The translations under genes and the position numbers were made by a program. Shown piece after piece: positions 44,456-54,849 of a stretch of DNA of 64,000 bases. Source of the DNA: an uncultured Bacteroidota bacterium. GTDB lineage: Bacteria; Bacteroidota; Ignavibacteria; Kryptoniales; JAKASW01. Numbering within the stretch: the stretch's first letter is position 1; every line of letters begins with the position of its first letter. Under the pieces are notes generated by a model. That model searched no databases. It saw only the letters and a list, made by a program, of their open reading frames with translations, and was not told the origin of the DNA. The DNA lies in the NCBI GenBank assembly GCA_963790995.1, contig CAWBQQ010000001.1:642034-706033 (forward strand), in the 5' to 3' direction.

Positions 44456-45247
44456 ATGGACCTAGGACTGAAAGATAAGATTGCGATAGTAGCTGCCTCC
44501 ACAAAGGGGTTAGGAAAAGCTACAGCAGTTGCGCTTGCAGCAGAAGGGGCAAATGTAATTATTAACGGCAGACATAAGCAGAACATCCATGACGCGGCCG
44601 ATGAAATAAAGTCTAAAACCGGGAAAACACCGCTTGCCGTACAATGCGACCTTACACAATCCGAAGACATCGACCGGCTCTTCGATGAGGCAGTCACGCA
44701 TTTCGGCGCCGTTCATATTCTCGTTTCAAACGCAGGTGGACCGCCTGCCGGAGGTTTTAACGACTTCAACGACGAGCAATGGTTGAAAGCCGTTGACTTG
44801 AGTTTAATGAGCGCAGTTCGACTCATCAGGAAGGCCGTTCCAATCATGCAAAAACAAAAATGGGGACGAATCTTAAATATTTCTTCTATCACCGTAATGC
44901 AGCCGGCTGAAAATCTGCTCCTCTCAAATTCGATCAGGGCTGCGGTAGTAGGACTTATGAAGACGATCTCACGTGATCTCTCACGCGTCAATGTGCTCAT
45001 CAACAACATTGCCCCATATTATGTCGCAACAAAGAGAATCGATTACCTCCTGGAAGAAACAGCATCGAAGAAGGGCATAACAAAGGAGGAGGCTCTGCAA
45101 AATATCGTTAAGGAAATTCCGATGGGAAGGCTGGGAACTCCGGAGGAGTTCGGCGACTTTGCCGCGTTTTTATGCTCGGAGAGAAACAGCTATGTTACGG
45201 GCGCGACGATTCAATTCGACGGCGGAGCTTACCGTGGAATGATGTAA
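44456..45247 (+). CDS. SDR-family oxidoreductase (3-oxoacyl-ACP reductase-like)
   Basis: 263-aa ORF. Cofactor motif AIVAASTKGLGKA, NAGG, and a catalytic Y..xK-like region. Confidence 0.85.
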   Translation: MDLGLKDKIAIVAASTKGLGKATAVALAAEGANVIINGRHKQNIHDAADEIKSKTGKTPLAVQCDLTQSEDIDRLFDEAVTHFGAVHILVSNAGGPPAGGFNDFNDEQWLKAVDLSLMSAVRLIRKAVPIMQKQKWGRILNISSITVMQPAENLLLSNSIRAAVVGLMKTISRDLSRVNVLINNIAPYYVATKRIDYLLEETASKKGITKEEALQNIVKEIPMGRLGTPEEFGDFAAFLCSERNSYVTGATIQFDGGAYRGMM

Positions 45248-45398
45248 CCCAATATTCAAAAGTCAAAGGTCGAAAAGGATAATGCGAGGAGCAATGCTTT
45301 TTGTGTCCCGAAAACGATCGCTATTCGTATTTAGTTCCCTGTTCCACTTTGTGTCCGTGGTTTTTATGTCCGACTTTTGAAAAATGGCCTTTGACTCT

Positions 45399-47673
45399 CT
45401 AATATCCGATCTTCCCGGCGGGTTGGGGATTCAATAGTTTATTCGGTGAAGTGTGGACGTCACAAACAGGCGGCAAATATTTTGAATTGAAAATCTCAGT
45501 CACTTTTTGCGGACAAAACTCGGTCGCGAGTTTCCCTGTCTGCGCACAAATCGTTGCTGTGACGACGCCGTCAGGCTGGACAAAAGATGAGATCGGCAGG
45601 CCTATTTCCCTGTCGTGGTAGACATCTCTCATGAACATTCCCCAAATCGGTGCGGCGGCTCTTCCGCCTTGTCCGTCCCAATCTGTAAAGTGGACCCTGT
45701 CATCGTCGAATCCAACCCAAATTCCTGCAACCAACTGAGGCGTATATCCGATATACCAAGCATCTCCAAAATCTTGAGTGGTGCCTGTCTTGCCCGCACA
45801 ATCCAGATAGAAGTAGTTCCTCACTCTCTCACCTGTACCACCATTTACTACTCCCCGCAGCATATCGGTCATCAGATAGGCAGTCTGTTTGCTGAGAACT
45901 TCTGTAGATTGAGTGTGGTCTTCTTCAATTACATTCCCATTCTTGTCTTCGATGCGCAAAATCGAAATCGGCTTCGTCAGGATTCCGTCATCGGCGAAAA
46001 CACCGTAAGCGGAAACAAGTTGAATGGGCACTACGACAGCCGTTCCCATCGCAACCGATGCGTATGGAGGAATGTACGTAGTAATTCCCATTCTGTGAGC
46101 GTATTCAACAACCTGGTTTATAGGCGCGATCTCTTGGACAGCTCTTACCGCCACAACATTCACCGAGTTTTTTATCGCATCGCGCAGCGTCATTTCCCCC
46201 CCGAATTCACCGTCGGCATTTCGCGGGGTCCATCGAGTTCCGTCAGCCATAACAATCGTAACTGGCTGGTTGAGAAGCTTGTACGATGGAGCATAACCAT
46301 TATCGACCGCGACAGTATAGACAAACGGCTTGAACGCAGAACCCGGCTGGCGTTCGATTTGGGTTACGTGATTCAACCCGTAACGAAACTGTTTATAGTT
46401 CGATCCGCCGACGAGCGCCTTTATATTGCCGGTCCTCGGATCGATACAAACAAATCCGACCTGGATAGTTTCCTCTGCATTTCTAACCGAATCGACAAAT
46501 GCCTCATTTGAATTCAGCGCTTTATAAATTGCCCTCCGGTCGGAATCGTTAGCTGCATCACGATATTCAGGCAAGTCCTTAATGGCTTTGTTGACGGCGA
46601 TCCACAATGTCGACTGGTTTTCCTTCCAATTCCACCTCGAATGAAAGAGCTTCTGGTAATCAGCCAGGTGCCGGTTGACTGCGCTGTCGGCATATTGCTG
46701 CATTCGTGAATCGAGAGTCGTGTAAACCGTCAAACCGTCACGGTAAATATCGAAGCCGTATTTCTCCGCCTTTTTCTCAAGCTCCTGCCGTACCATCTCC
46801 ACAAACGCCGGAGCAAGTCCAGTCAACGGGCCATGATACTTTATGTCGAGAGGCGCCTTTTTCGCCGACTGGTATTCAGCCTCGGAAATTTTATCGTCAT
46901 CGAGCATATTTTTCAGAACTACATTGCGAATTCTCTCGGCACGAATGGGATGGTCGAGCGGATCATAAAGAGCTGGCGACCTCAACATTCCGACCAGCAT
47001 TGCGGCCTCGGGCAACGTAAGATCGGACGAAGATTCATCGAAATAGAGCTGTGCAGCAGACTCGATCCCGTATGCCCCCCTCCCGAAGTAAACATCATTG
47101 AGATACATCGCGAGAATTTCTTGTTTCGTGTAAGTGCGCTCGATCTGGACGGCGGTTATTGCCTCACGAATCTTCCTCGTCAGCGTAACTTCCTGCGACA
47201 AATAAAGATTCCTCGCGAGCTGCTGCGTAATTGTGCTCGCACCTTCCTTCGCGCGTAAATGGATCATGTCGATCGCCATGGCACTCAAAATTCTTACAGG
47301 ATCGATTCCCCAATGCGAATAAAACTTTTTGTCTTCCGTAGAAATCAAAGCATCGACAACATAATGTGGAACTTCGTTCATATCGGCAAGCGCGCGATTT
47401 TTCATGAAAAACTGATCTAATATTTGTCCGTCGGAAGACAAAACGCGCGTTGCCAGATACCGCTTTCGGATTCTCAAGCTCTTCGAGCGAGGGCAAGCCG
47501 CTGATGACATAAATGACGTAACCGGCGACCAACAATACGAGAGCAAGAATTATCGCGAGACTAAGACCGCGCTTTTCTCTGGAGAAAAGGAATCTCCCCC
47601 GGCCTGCTGATTTTCTATACGCCGGATCGTTAAAATAACGCTCCATTTCCTCTTTTGAATAACGCCACTTCAT
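45399..47673 (-). pseudogene. bifunctional class A penicillin-binding protein (PBP1A-type), N-terminal anchor split off by a +1 frameshift (or assembly indel)
   Basis: The 169-aa ORF (47164-47673) gives a cytoplasmic tail, a TM segment and GLPSLEELENPK. The 715-aa ORF (45399-47546) continues with YLATRVLSSDGQ...STEDKKFYSHWGID (GT51) and the transpeptidase motifs SAFKP, SVN and KTGTT. The join is at CCGAAAGCGG (plus-strand T3 at 47464-47466). Span is 2275 nt, which is 1 mod 3. Confidence 0.85.
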
Positions 47674-48407
47674 TTTTCAAATTCCCATTTCATTAATTGC
47701 ATTGCTTCGCCGTCGAAAACGCCGTAAGTAAAATTATTCAGCCAATCGCCGAGATTTATATAAACACCCTTTCCGAAATGTTCGAGCTTCGGGACATGGT
47801 TGTGTCCCATTACGACGAAATCATAACCATCTTCGAGCTTTTCCTTTGCAAAAAGTATCATGCCGTCCATCTCACCGAAATCTCTATTCGTCGTATATTC
47901 GCGGCTTTTTTTAGAAAATGCCTTTGCAAGAGAAAACCCGACATCGGGATGAATCCACCGGATAACCGACCTTGTAAATCTAATTCGCAAAATCTTCTTC
48001 AGTAATTTATAACCGAAATCCTTTACCGCCAATCCATCGCCGTGTACAATCAAAAACTTCTTGCCGTTTATGTTTTCCGAAAAGCCATCCTGGTACACCT
48101 TAACTCCAACGGATTTCGAGAAGAATTCGCCCAGGAAAAAATCGTGATTCCCGGCAACGTAGTCCATAGCAACGCCCTTAGCTATCATGTCCTTGAACTT
48201 GGCATACAACCAGAAATAGTCTTTCGGAACAACAAATTTGTATTCATACCAGAAATCGAAGAGGTCACCGACGATGATCAACCGGCTTCCCGTATTCGCG
48301 ATTATTTCAAAGATATCCAAGAGCTCGCGTCTTCTCTTGACTTCAAATTCTTGTGTAAGTGAAGGTGCGCCGAGATGAATGTCGGAGATGAAATAAACTG
48401 ACTTCAA
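47670..48407 (-). CDS. lpxH: UDP-2,3-diacylglucosamine diphosphatase (LpxH-type metallophosphoesterase)
   Basis: 245-aa ORF. Motifs ISDIHLG, VGDLFDFW, GNHD and HGD. Confidence 0.8.
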   Translation of the reverse strand: MKSVYFISDIHLGAPSLTQEFEVKRRRELLDIFEIIANTGSRLIIVGDLFDFWYEYKFVVPKDYFWLYAKFKDMIAKGVAMDYVAGNHDFFLGEFFSKSVGVKVYQDGFSENINGKKFLIVHGDGLAVKDFGYKLLKKILRIRFTRSVIRWIHPDVGFSLAKAFSKKSREYTTNRDFGEMDGMILFAKEKLEDGYDFVVMGHNHVPKLEHFGKGVYINLGDWLNNFTYGVFDGEAMQLMKWEFEK

Positions 48408-48839
48408 TTACTTTTCAACTCTTACACTGATCGCGGTCGTGTCATTTCCGAAGCGGCACCATTTTCCCTCCTCGGAACAGTAAGTGTAGCTTATGACAAA
48501 ATCTATTTTGTGCCGCCCGATAGCCATGTCCATGATATTGCATTCGACCCGGAGAGGCTTCGATAAATCGAGATACTCGCCAGCCGCCGTTTGTCCACCT
48601 AATGACTGGACGGGTTTGAAATTCATCGTCACGCCATCGGCAAGAGACTTTACGTATAAGGGCGGTTGAGCATTCACATGAATGCCGCTCGCCGGTTTCA
48701 CTCTTATGGAAAATGAAAACGGCTTCCCATTTTCTGCAACCATCGAATCAGCGTTTTCAACTTCAATAGCGACATATTTTTGCGAATCGATTACGGAACT
48801 CATCGTCATTATGGTTAACAAAAAAAAACGCAGTAGCAT
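48408..48839 (-). CDS. hypothetical secreted protein
   Basis: 143-aa ORF with an N-terminal signal-like segment. All-beta-looking sequence with a CSEEGKWC pair. Its stop abuts the lpxH start. Confidence 0.4.
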   Translation of the reverse strand: MLLRFFLLTIMTMSSVIDSQKYVAIEVENADSMVAENGKPFSFSIRVKPASGIHVNAQPPLYVKSLADGVTMNFKPVQSLGGQTAAGEYLDLSKPLRVECNIMDMAIGRHKIDFVISYTYCSEEGKWCRFGNDTTAISVRVEK

Positions 48840-48876
48840 TTCGATAACTTCAATTTATTCGTTGAGCAAATTAACA

Positions 48877-50145
48877 TTAGCTCTCAAATTCATTTTCTCG
48901 TTTCCGCCACTGAACTTTAACTTGCTGAAGCAATATAAGACCACCGACAAAAAATATCAGCACTGATAGAACAGCGATTCGTTGACTGCCGCTGAAACTT
49001 GAGATTGCCCCGAAAGTCAACGGCCCCATAATTGCCGAGGCATTACCCGCGATTCCATCGTAAAAGCCGAAAAACTCCGCGGCATGTGCCGGCGGCGTGA
49101 GAAAAGCCATCAGAGTTCTGCTGGAAGACTGTGAGGAGCCAATAGCGACTCCCGCAAATAATCCGACAACGTAAAACTGTTCCTTTGTTTGGATGAAGAA
49201 TGCAGAGAGCACCACACCGATCCAGATGAAAAGCGTGATCGTGATACTCATTTTTGGTCCCCAGTGATCGGTCAAAATTCCGAATATTACCGAACCGAGG
49301 ACTGCAGTTGTTTGTGCCACGATAAAAAATATTATAACTTCGACCGGTGTAAATCCGAGGGAACCGCGGGCATAAAGCGCTGCGAAGAAAATTACCGTGT
49401 TTACTCCGTCGATATACAGAAAAAATGCCAGAAGAAATTTAGAAAGCGATTTGTATTGACCAAGCCGCTTGAAAGTGCTGACGGCTCGCCGAAATCCCAA
49501 TCGAAAGTACGGCAGCTTATGATGGTACAGTCCGGTATGATCTCGAAGGACGATGAACGCCGGAACGGAGAAAACTGCGAAGAACGCCCCGGCTATCAAG
49601 AAACTCTCTCTGAAGCTATCTAAGTTCGACGGATTAAAACCTCCTTTTATGAACGGGAATGCGATTGCCAGGATTGAGAGCGCGCCCAAATATCCCATTC
49701 CGAACCCGTACCCCGATACGTGGCCGTAAATATGCCTGGGCGCAATTTCCGGAAGAAATGCGTCATAGAAAGTGTAGCCTCCTTGAAAGCCGACATTCGC
49801 TGCAATGAAGATAAGCATACCGGGAAGAATCATCCCTCTTTTTATCCAGTACAAAAATGCGGTCCCGACGACACACAACGCTGAAAATGCGATGAGAAAC
49901 CTTTTTCGGCGATGCGAATAATCGCTCGCGGCTCCTAACACAGGTGAAAGTCCAGCTGCAATGATCATCGAAATGCTGTCGGCAAGTCCCCAATAGAAAT
50001 CGCCTCGCATCGTTCCCGCGGCGACTATTTCCCGGAAGTAAAGTGCAAAGCCGACCGTTTTTATCATCACCGAAAAAGACGTGCGGGCATAATCGAAAAG
50101 CGTCCAGGAAAAAATAGTTAGACGGGAATAGTTCCCTTCCGTCAT
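48877..50145 (-). CDS. MFS transporter (UMF1/Atg22-like)
   Basis: 422-aa ORF with 12 TM segments. The N-terminus FSWTLFDYARTSF is typical of the UMF1 family. Confidence 0.75.
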   Translation of the reverse strand: MTEGNYSRLTIFSWTLFDYARTSFSVMIKTVGFALYFREIVAAGTMRGDFYWGLADSISMIIAAGLSPVLGAASDYSHRRKRFLIAFSALCVVGTAFLYWIKRGMILPGMLIFIAANVGFQGGYTFYDAFLPEIAPRHIYGHVSGYGFGMGYLGALSILAIAFPFIKGGFNPSNLDSFRESFLIAGAFFAVFSVPAFIVLRDHTGLYHHKLPYFRLGFRRAVSTFKRLGQYKSLSKFLLAFFLYIDGVNTVIFFAALYARGSLGFTPVEVIIFFIVAQTTAVLGSVIFGILTDHWGPKMSITITLFIWIGVVLSAFFIQTKEQFYVVGLFAGVAIGSSQSSSRTLMAFLTPPAHAAEFFGFYDGIAGNASAIMGPLTFGAISSFSGSQRIAVLSVLIFFVGGLILLQQVKVQWRKRENEFES

Positions 50146-50666
50146 GACTTTTTCTTGCTTGAAGTATTTATCAAACCCCTGCCCGTTTTTTTGACTTTGC
50201 TTTCGCTGGATAATTGCTTCGACGCAGCATCAAGAATTCCATTCACGAATTTCGGACTCTCTTCAGTGCTGTACCGTTTTGCCATTTCGATTATCTCGTT
50301 GATCGTAACCTTTGTCGGGATTTCCTGTGCATAAAGGACTTCCGCGATTCCCATTCTGAGGAGGCATCGATCGATCGGGTTTACTCTTGAAATATCCCAA
50401 TGTTCAAGATGTCCCTGAAGAATTAAGTCGATGTTTTTCATATTATCGAGCGTGTCACGGTATAATTTTTTGGCGAATTCCATCGAGGCGTCATTTTCGA
50501 TGTCTTTGAAAATATCGGCGCTCAAAAATTCCGGGGAAGTGTTGGATAAATCGAACGCGTAGAGCGCCTGCAGAACTCGTTCACGTGCAAGCCGGCGTTG
50601 TGATATCATGGTTCGCACCGAACGGTTGACGGGATTATGATTTTGGGCCGGCAAGTTCGAAACCAA
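50142..50666 (-). CDS. nusB: transcription antitermination factor NusB
   Basis: Contains RRLARERVLQALYAFDL and IDRCLLRMGIAEVLY. The true start is probably an internal Met (MISQRR...). Confidence 0.85.
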   Translation of the reverse strand: MVSNLPAQNHNPVNRSVRTMISQRRLARERVLQALYAFDLSNTSPEFLSADIFKDIENDASMEFAKKLYRDTLDNMKNIDLILQGHLEHWDISRVNPIDRCLLRMGIAEVLYAQEIPTKVTINEIIEMAKRYSTEESPKFVNGILDAASKQLSSESKVKKTGRGLINTSSKKKS

Positions 50667-50823
50667 AATGCAGAGATGATATAGTTTGCGGCATGATCCG
50701 CTCTAATAATGAATCCGGTTCCTGTTCGGCAAATGCCGCATTCGTGCCTCTCTGCCTTCTCTGTTTTCGAAAGAACCTTTGCTTTCACCGCACAAAATCC
50801 ATATCTAAAAGATTGAATACCGT

Positions 50824-51837
50824 TCAAGATCCGAAGAGTAAAAAGGCCAGTATTGCCGCTGATTCGCGCGCTCGAAAATATAATTCTTTGGGCAATAACA
50901 TCTTATAGCCGCTCGCCATTCCCATAACTTCAGCGCCCTCCCACCGGCACATCAACAACGCCCGCGGCAAGTGCCAATCGTCACTCACAAGCACGAGCTT
51001 TTTCATGCCAAGCGAATCCATCAAGACTTCCTTGACATATATTGCCTGCTCGGAAGTGCAAAAGGTATTTTCTTCTGCAATGACGTCGGAATCGGGTATT
51101 CCTTGTTCTTCAAGGTACCAGGCCTGAACCTCCGATTCCACGGTGCCGAATCGTCTGGTCCCTCCAGTGACTACCACTTTTTTTACGCGCCCCGACTTGA
51201 AAATGTCAAGCGCCTCATCAAGCCTGCCGCGCAGGATGGGGCTCGGCTTATGTTTCCCCCAAACCGACGCGCCGAGCACGACTGCCGCGTCAGCTTTAGA
51301 ATTTTCGTGAAATGTTTCTTCATTTGAAAATGTATAAGCAAATCCGACAAGACCACATACCGCAGATGAGAATATAAAGAGAGCAAGCGTCTTGCCGAAT
51401 GTCGGAGATTTTGAAAATGCAGCCATTATGACTATGGAAAGCTCTGCCATCAAAGCCCCGTACGCCAATACCGACGGTTCTCCTGTTGCAGATTCGCTGA
51501 CCGGGGGAAGATAAAATGAACAGAAAAGCAGGAGTGCGGCACAAAGTAAAAACAGCAATAATTGGAAGTTAGAAATTCTCTTTAAGGAAGAAACCTCCGC
51601 GAGGAAAATAACCATCATGACCACCACCGCGAGCGGCAGATTCTGTGCGCTGATTATTCCGTGAGACAAATAATCGTCCACAGCCCTGTTCTCAAATATT
51701 ATCAGCGCAGCAATTACATCCAACAGGACGGCGGTGTGCAAAAGAACTTTAGATTTCAAATGTCGACTATTTTTGTGTTGGGGAAATTTAAAACACGTGC
51801 AGGGAATTATAAAGTGATAGCGGCGAAGATAATCCAT
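50824..51837 (-). CDS. membrane-anchored YdcF/DUF218 (SanA/ElyC-like) protein
   Basis: 337-aa ORF. An N-terminal polytopic region is followed by a DUF218-like domain (AAVVLGASVWG...VVVTGG...LVSDDWHLPRA). Confidence 0.65.
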   Translation of the reverse strand: MDYLRRYHFIIPCTCFKFPQHKNSRHLKSKVLLHTAVLLDVIAALIIFENRAVDDYLSHGIISAQNLPLAVVVMMVIFLAEVSSLKRISNFQLLLFLLCAALLLFCSFYLPPVSESATGEPSVLAYGALMAELSIVIMAAFSKSPTFGKTLALFIFSSAVCGLVGFAYTFSNEETFHENSKADAAVVLGASVWGKHKPSPILRGRLDEALDIFKSGRVKKVVVTGGTRRFGTVESEVQAWYLEEQGIPDSDVIAEENTFCTSEQAIYVKEVLMDSLGMKKLVLVSDDWHLPRALLMCRWEGAEVMGMASGYKMLLPKELYFRARESAAILAFLLFGS

Positions 51838-51924
51838 TTACTCCGGAAAGACACACCGAAACACACCTTCGGCAGTGTGAACCGCCGTGTTCTTCAAAGA
51901 TTGAATTGTGGCCCTAAATGTCTT

Positions 51925-52434
51925 TCAATAGCGCCCGCCGGTTCTCATTCTTTGCTGCATAATCATCCTAATCCTCTCCCGAATTTCCCTATCAAACTTC
52001 TGTTCAAAAACTATGTATTTCCCGATTTCCAACGGCGAGAGAACTCCTTCCAGCGATTGCATAAACTTCACATGAGCGGAAGCTATCTGTTCATCCAGCT
52101 TCAGCACCAGTTGAACTTGCTGTTTCACTTCTGATTCCGCCGCTTCCTTTTTTATCGTTGAATCAAGTGAACGGACTGCCGTTCTCCGCTGCGCGGCAAT
52201 GTCTTTCAATTCCGAATTATAATCATTGTACAACGGGAAAAACTTTTCCGCTTTGCTTGTCGGAAGGTCCAGCTCTTTTGTCATTTGCCAAATCTTTATT
52301 TGTTCGAGCTGCTTTCTGATTTCCGGATTTTCCGCACCTGATTCCGTTGGCGGAGGCGGCATCTGCTGAGCGAGTGCCCATGACACCGGTAGAACGAAAA
52401 TTAAAAACAGAATCCCAACTTTTCTCATAACCAT
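51925..52434 (-). CDS. periplasmic helical protein (Spy/CpxP-like), third gene of an ECF sigma operon
   Basis: 169-aa ORF with a signal peptide, then Q/E/K-rich helices. Lies immediately downstream of the anti-sigma gene. Confidence 0.45.
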   Translation of the reverse strand: MVMRKVGILFLIFVLPVSWALAQQMPPPPTESGAENPEIRKQLEQIKIWQMTKELDLPTSKAEKFFPLYNDYNSELKDIAAQRRTAVRSLDSTIKKEAAESEVKQQVQLVLKLDEQIASAHVKFMQSLEGVLSPLEIGKYIVFEQKFDREIRERIRMIMQQRMRTGGRY

Positions 52435-52438
52435 TCCC

Positions 52439-53026
52439 TCAATTCGAAATAACGTTTCCAGGATAATCGGAATAATCTATCGCGGCAACTGAATCCGCCA
52501 GCGATACTGCCCACATGGATTTGACGACAGCTTGCTGAGTAGAATCATCGACGGAATTTATCTCATCAACATCGGCAACTTGAGGAGCGGCAGCGTCAAC
52601 GTAATTCATGTTCAGATTCGGAAGTTCGGCAATATCGTAGGCAGGAATAGAGTAAGCGAGTGCCGCAACCGATTCAGCACGCTCATTCGGTGCAGTGACA
52701 GGCTTGAGAGCATATTCATAAACTCCGAATCCGACCACGAGGACAAATGCAGCTAGGCCGCCTGCGAATGCAGGAGTTCTCCATCTTACGGGTCGAATTG
52801 ATGATATCTTCTCCATGATAACGCCACGCAGCTCCTGCCAAAACGCATCCTCATATTCTTCTTGTGCCACTGTGCCGAGAATCGCAATAGAATCGCGCAT
52901 CTCTTCAAGCTCAGATCTGCATTTCTCGCAAATATCGAAATGTGCCCCCATGCACTTCAGAAGGTTAGGCTCGACCTTATCGAGAATGTAATCCGGCAAA
53001 TTTACGACAACATCAACGCATTTCAT
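52439..53026 (-). CDS. anti-sigma factor (zf-HC2 type, single TM)
   Basis: 195-aa ORF. N-terminal H-x3-C-x2-C (HFDICEKC) and a central TM segment (AFAGGLAAFVLVVGFGVY). Overlaps the sigma gene by 14 nt. Confidence 0.7.
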   Translation of the reverse strand: MKCVDVVVNLPDYILDKVEPNLLKCMGAHFDICEKCRSELEEMRDSIAILGTVAQEEYEDAFWQELRGVIMEKISSIRPVRWRTPAFAGGLAAFVLVVGFGVYEYALKPVTAPNERAESVAALAYSIPAYDIAELPNLNMNYVDAAAPQVADVDEINSVDDSTQQAVVKSMWAVSLADSVAAIDYSDYPGNVISN

Positions 53027-53564
53027 GTTTCAAATACTCCCCTATCTTCTTCACCGCATGAAAATAGTTCGCTTTCAATGCGCCGAGAGATCTGTGCATC
53101 ACCTGTGCTATTTCTTCATACGAAAGTTCTTCGTAAAATCGTAAGATAAAAACCTGCCGCTGTTGACTGGGCAGCGCAGCCACGGCTTGCGCAACAAGTT
53201 TCTTTAGCTCGCCCTGATCGGCTTCGTGCTGCGGCTCATTGCCGCTAGTCAATATGTTCGTTATAGTCTCATCCAATCTTACAATAGCTCTTACTTTTCT
53301 TTTTCTCAAATAACTGATGGCTACGTTCGTGGCAATTCGGTAAATGTAAGTGTAAAGGTTTGACTCGCCGCGAAACCTTTTCAAGGATTCATGCAGTTTT
53401 ATGAAAACTTCCTGTGCTGCGTCGGCAGCTTCATCGTCATCATTCAACATTCTTTTGATAACAAAGAACACTTTCTTCTCGTAACGACTTACGATCTCGC
53501 CGAAGGCCCTGTCGTTTCCAGACTTAACTTGTTCGACGAGCTCCAAATCGTTCAGACTATGCAT
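53013..53564 (-). CDS. ECF-type RNA polymerase sigma factor
   Basis: 183-aa ORF. Region 2 (AAQEVFIKLHESL, YIYRIATN) and region 4 (LSYEEIAQVM...G). Confidence 0.9.
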   Translation of the reverse strand: MHSLNDLELVEQVKSGNDRAFGEIVSRYEKKVFFVIKRMLNDDDEAADAAQEVFIKLHESLKRFRGESNLYTYIYRIATNVAISYLRKRKVRAIVRLDETITNILTSGNEPQHEADQGELKKLVAQAVAALPSQQRQVFILRFYEELSYEEIAQVMHRSLGALKANYFHAVKKIGEYLKHEMR

Positions 53565-53783
53565 TCGCCGGAATGGACCCTTCGGAAAAAGAATTCTGTT
53601 TATCCAGCCCTAAAAACATTTAGTATATTCGATCCATACACGTCAAGCCAGCACCATTGAACAAATCAGCAGGTCGTATCTTCCGCCGCCGAAGGCTGGC
53701 TAAATCCTCACCGAGAGCGTCTTTCTTCAGAATTTCCAATTCAGTCCAATAATGAGACGTAAAAAGCAGGATATCGGTTTAAG

Positions 53784-54152
53784 TCAGCTTTCGATAACGA
53801 CAACTGCCGTGACATAATCTCCTGAATGAGACAGCGACAGGAAAATCTTTTTCCCGCCGAATTTTTTTAAAGAAAGCCCGCTAAGCTGCAACCACGGTTT
53901 GCCGCTCTTTTCATTTATAACTTCGACCTCCTGCCATGAAAAGTCGCTGTTCCACCCTGTGCCTGTTGCCTTGCTGAAGGCTTCCTTTGCAGCGAACCGT
54001 GCTGCGTAATGCTGGAACGGATTAGGCTTTTCGGAGCAATATTTGACTTCCTCTTCCGTGAAAATTCTCCCCGTAAAAAGGGGGCCATAGTCTTGGATAC
54101 TTTTTTGAATCTTGCTGACTTCAATTATGTCGATCCCCACTCCTTCAACCAT
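53784..54152 (-). CDS. acpS: holo-[acyl-carrier-protein] synthase
   Basis: 122-aa ORF. GIDIIEVSKI, AARFAAKEAFSKA and LSLSHSGDYV. Confidence 0.9.
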   Translation of the reverse strand: MVEGVGIDIIEVSKIQKSIQDYGPLFTGRIFTEEEVKYCSEKPNPFQHYAARFAAKEAFSKATGTGWNSDFSWQEVEVINEKSGKPWLQLSGLSLKKFGGKKIFLSLSHSGDYVTAVVVIES

Positions 54153-54831
54153 TTGAGTTTTCTTTTTTTATGAAATCAATCAGTTCCTGAATGTCATTGG
54201 CTTCGTAATCGCTGCCCGAAATTTCAGTATTGAAAGTGTCCCCGTAACGAGCGAATACGGTCTTCATTCCGACTTTTTTTGCGCCCATGATGTCGCGCTC
54301 TGCCCAATCGCCAACCATCAACGCTTCATTCGCTTTAACATCGAGCTTGCGCAAAGCGAGAGTGAACGGTGCCGGGTGAGGCTTACGTTTGTTTGTGTCT
54401 TCAAATGTTACCACTGCATCGAAGATGTTGTGCATGTTAAGATAGGTCAAACGCAGCCATGCCTCCCTCGCCGGGGCATCCGATACCACGGCAAGCTTCA
54501 TCCCCATCTTCAATAACTCATAAAGTGTCATACTTACATGCGGATATGGAACGAGCGCCGCTTCGCGTGCACGCCGGTAAGCTACCACACCGGCAGATAG
54601 AATTTTGTAATCTACTTTGTCGAAAATTCCGGACAGGAGCGAATCGAATACATATTGAAATTCTATCCCTTTTTCCTTGTAGATTGCGTTGATTCGATTC
54701 TTTACTTCATCGTAAGACAATTCCAGGCCGGCATCGAGCATGGCACGCACTGCAGCGTCGATCGCCTCTCCTTTCATCCTCATGAAATCAACGAGCGTAT
54801 TGTCGAGATCGAAAATTACGGCTTTGATCAT
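54145..54831 (-). CDS. HAD-superfamily hydrolase
   Basis: 228-aa ORF. Motif I VIFDLDNTLVD and a later MVGDWAERDIMGA. Confidence 0.8.
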   Translation of the reverse strand: MIKAVIFDLDNTLVDFMRMKGEAIDAAVRAMLDAGLELSYDEVKNRINAIYKEKGIEFQYVFDSLLSGIFDKVDYKILSAGVVAYRRAREAALVPYPHVSMTLYELLKMGMKLAVVSDAPAREAWLRLTYLNMHNIFDAVVTFEDTNKRKPHPAPFTLALRKLDVKANEALMVGDWAERDIMGAKKVGMKTVFARYGDTFNTEISGSDYEANDIQELIDFIKKENSNG

Positions 54832-54849
54832 TCCTTCACGCCGAAGGGC

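Noticed and set aside
45254-45396. Repeated motif TCAAAAGTCAAAGG, with inverted copies at 45372-45396 and a near-copy at 41381-41394, considered as a possible REP-like element.
   Set aside because: This is a 13-of-14 match. My rough estimate is that hundreds of matches of that quality are expected by chance among all position pairs in 64 kb. The arm order (A-B...A'-B') does not form a simple hairpin.
45615-46511. 298-aa ORF antisense to PBP1A. Similar long antisense ORFs occur at 6872-7597, 11614-12099, 23134-23697, 25680-26210 and 61114-61629.
   Set aside because: All lie entirely inside well-supported genes on the opposite strand. Their translations are Arg/Ser/Cys-rich and low in complexity, with no recognisable motifs. 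This is the typical shadow-ORF effect of codon bias.
5192-47673. Programmed +1 ribosomal frameshifting as the explanation for the six split genes.
   Set aside because: There is no shared slippery or stall context, such as a stop or rare codon in the A site or an upstream SD-like stimulator as in prfB. The genes involved are not known recoding targets. Single-base insertion, real or artefactual, is the simpler explanation. The directional bias is still reported as a finding.
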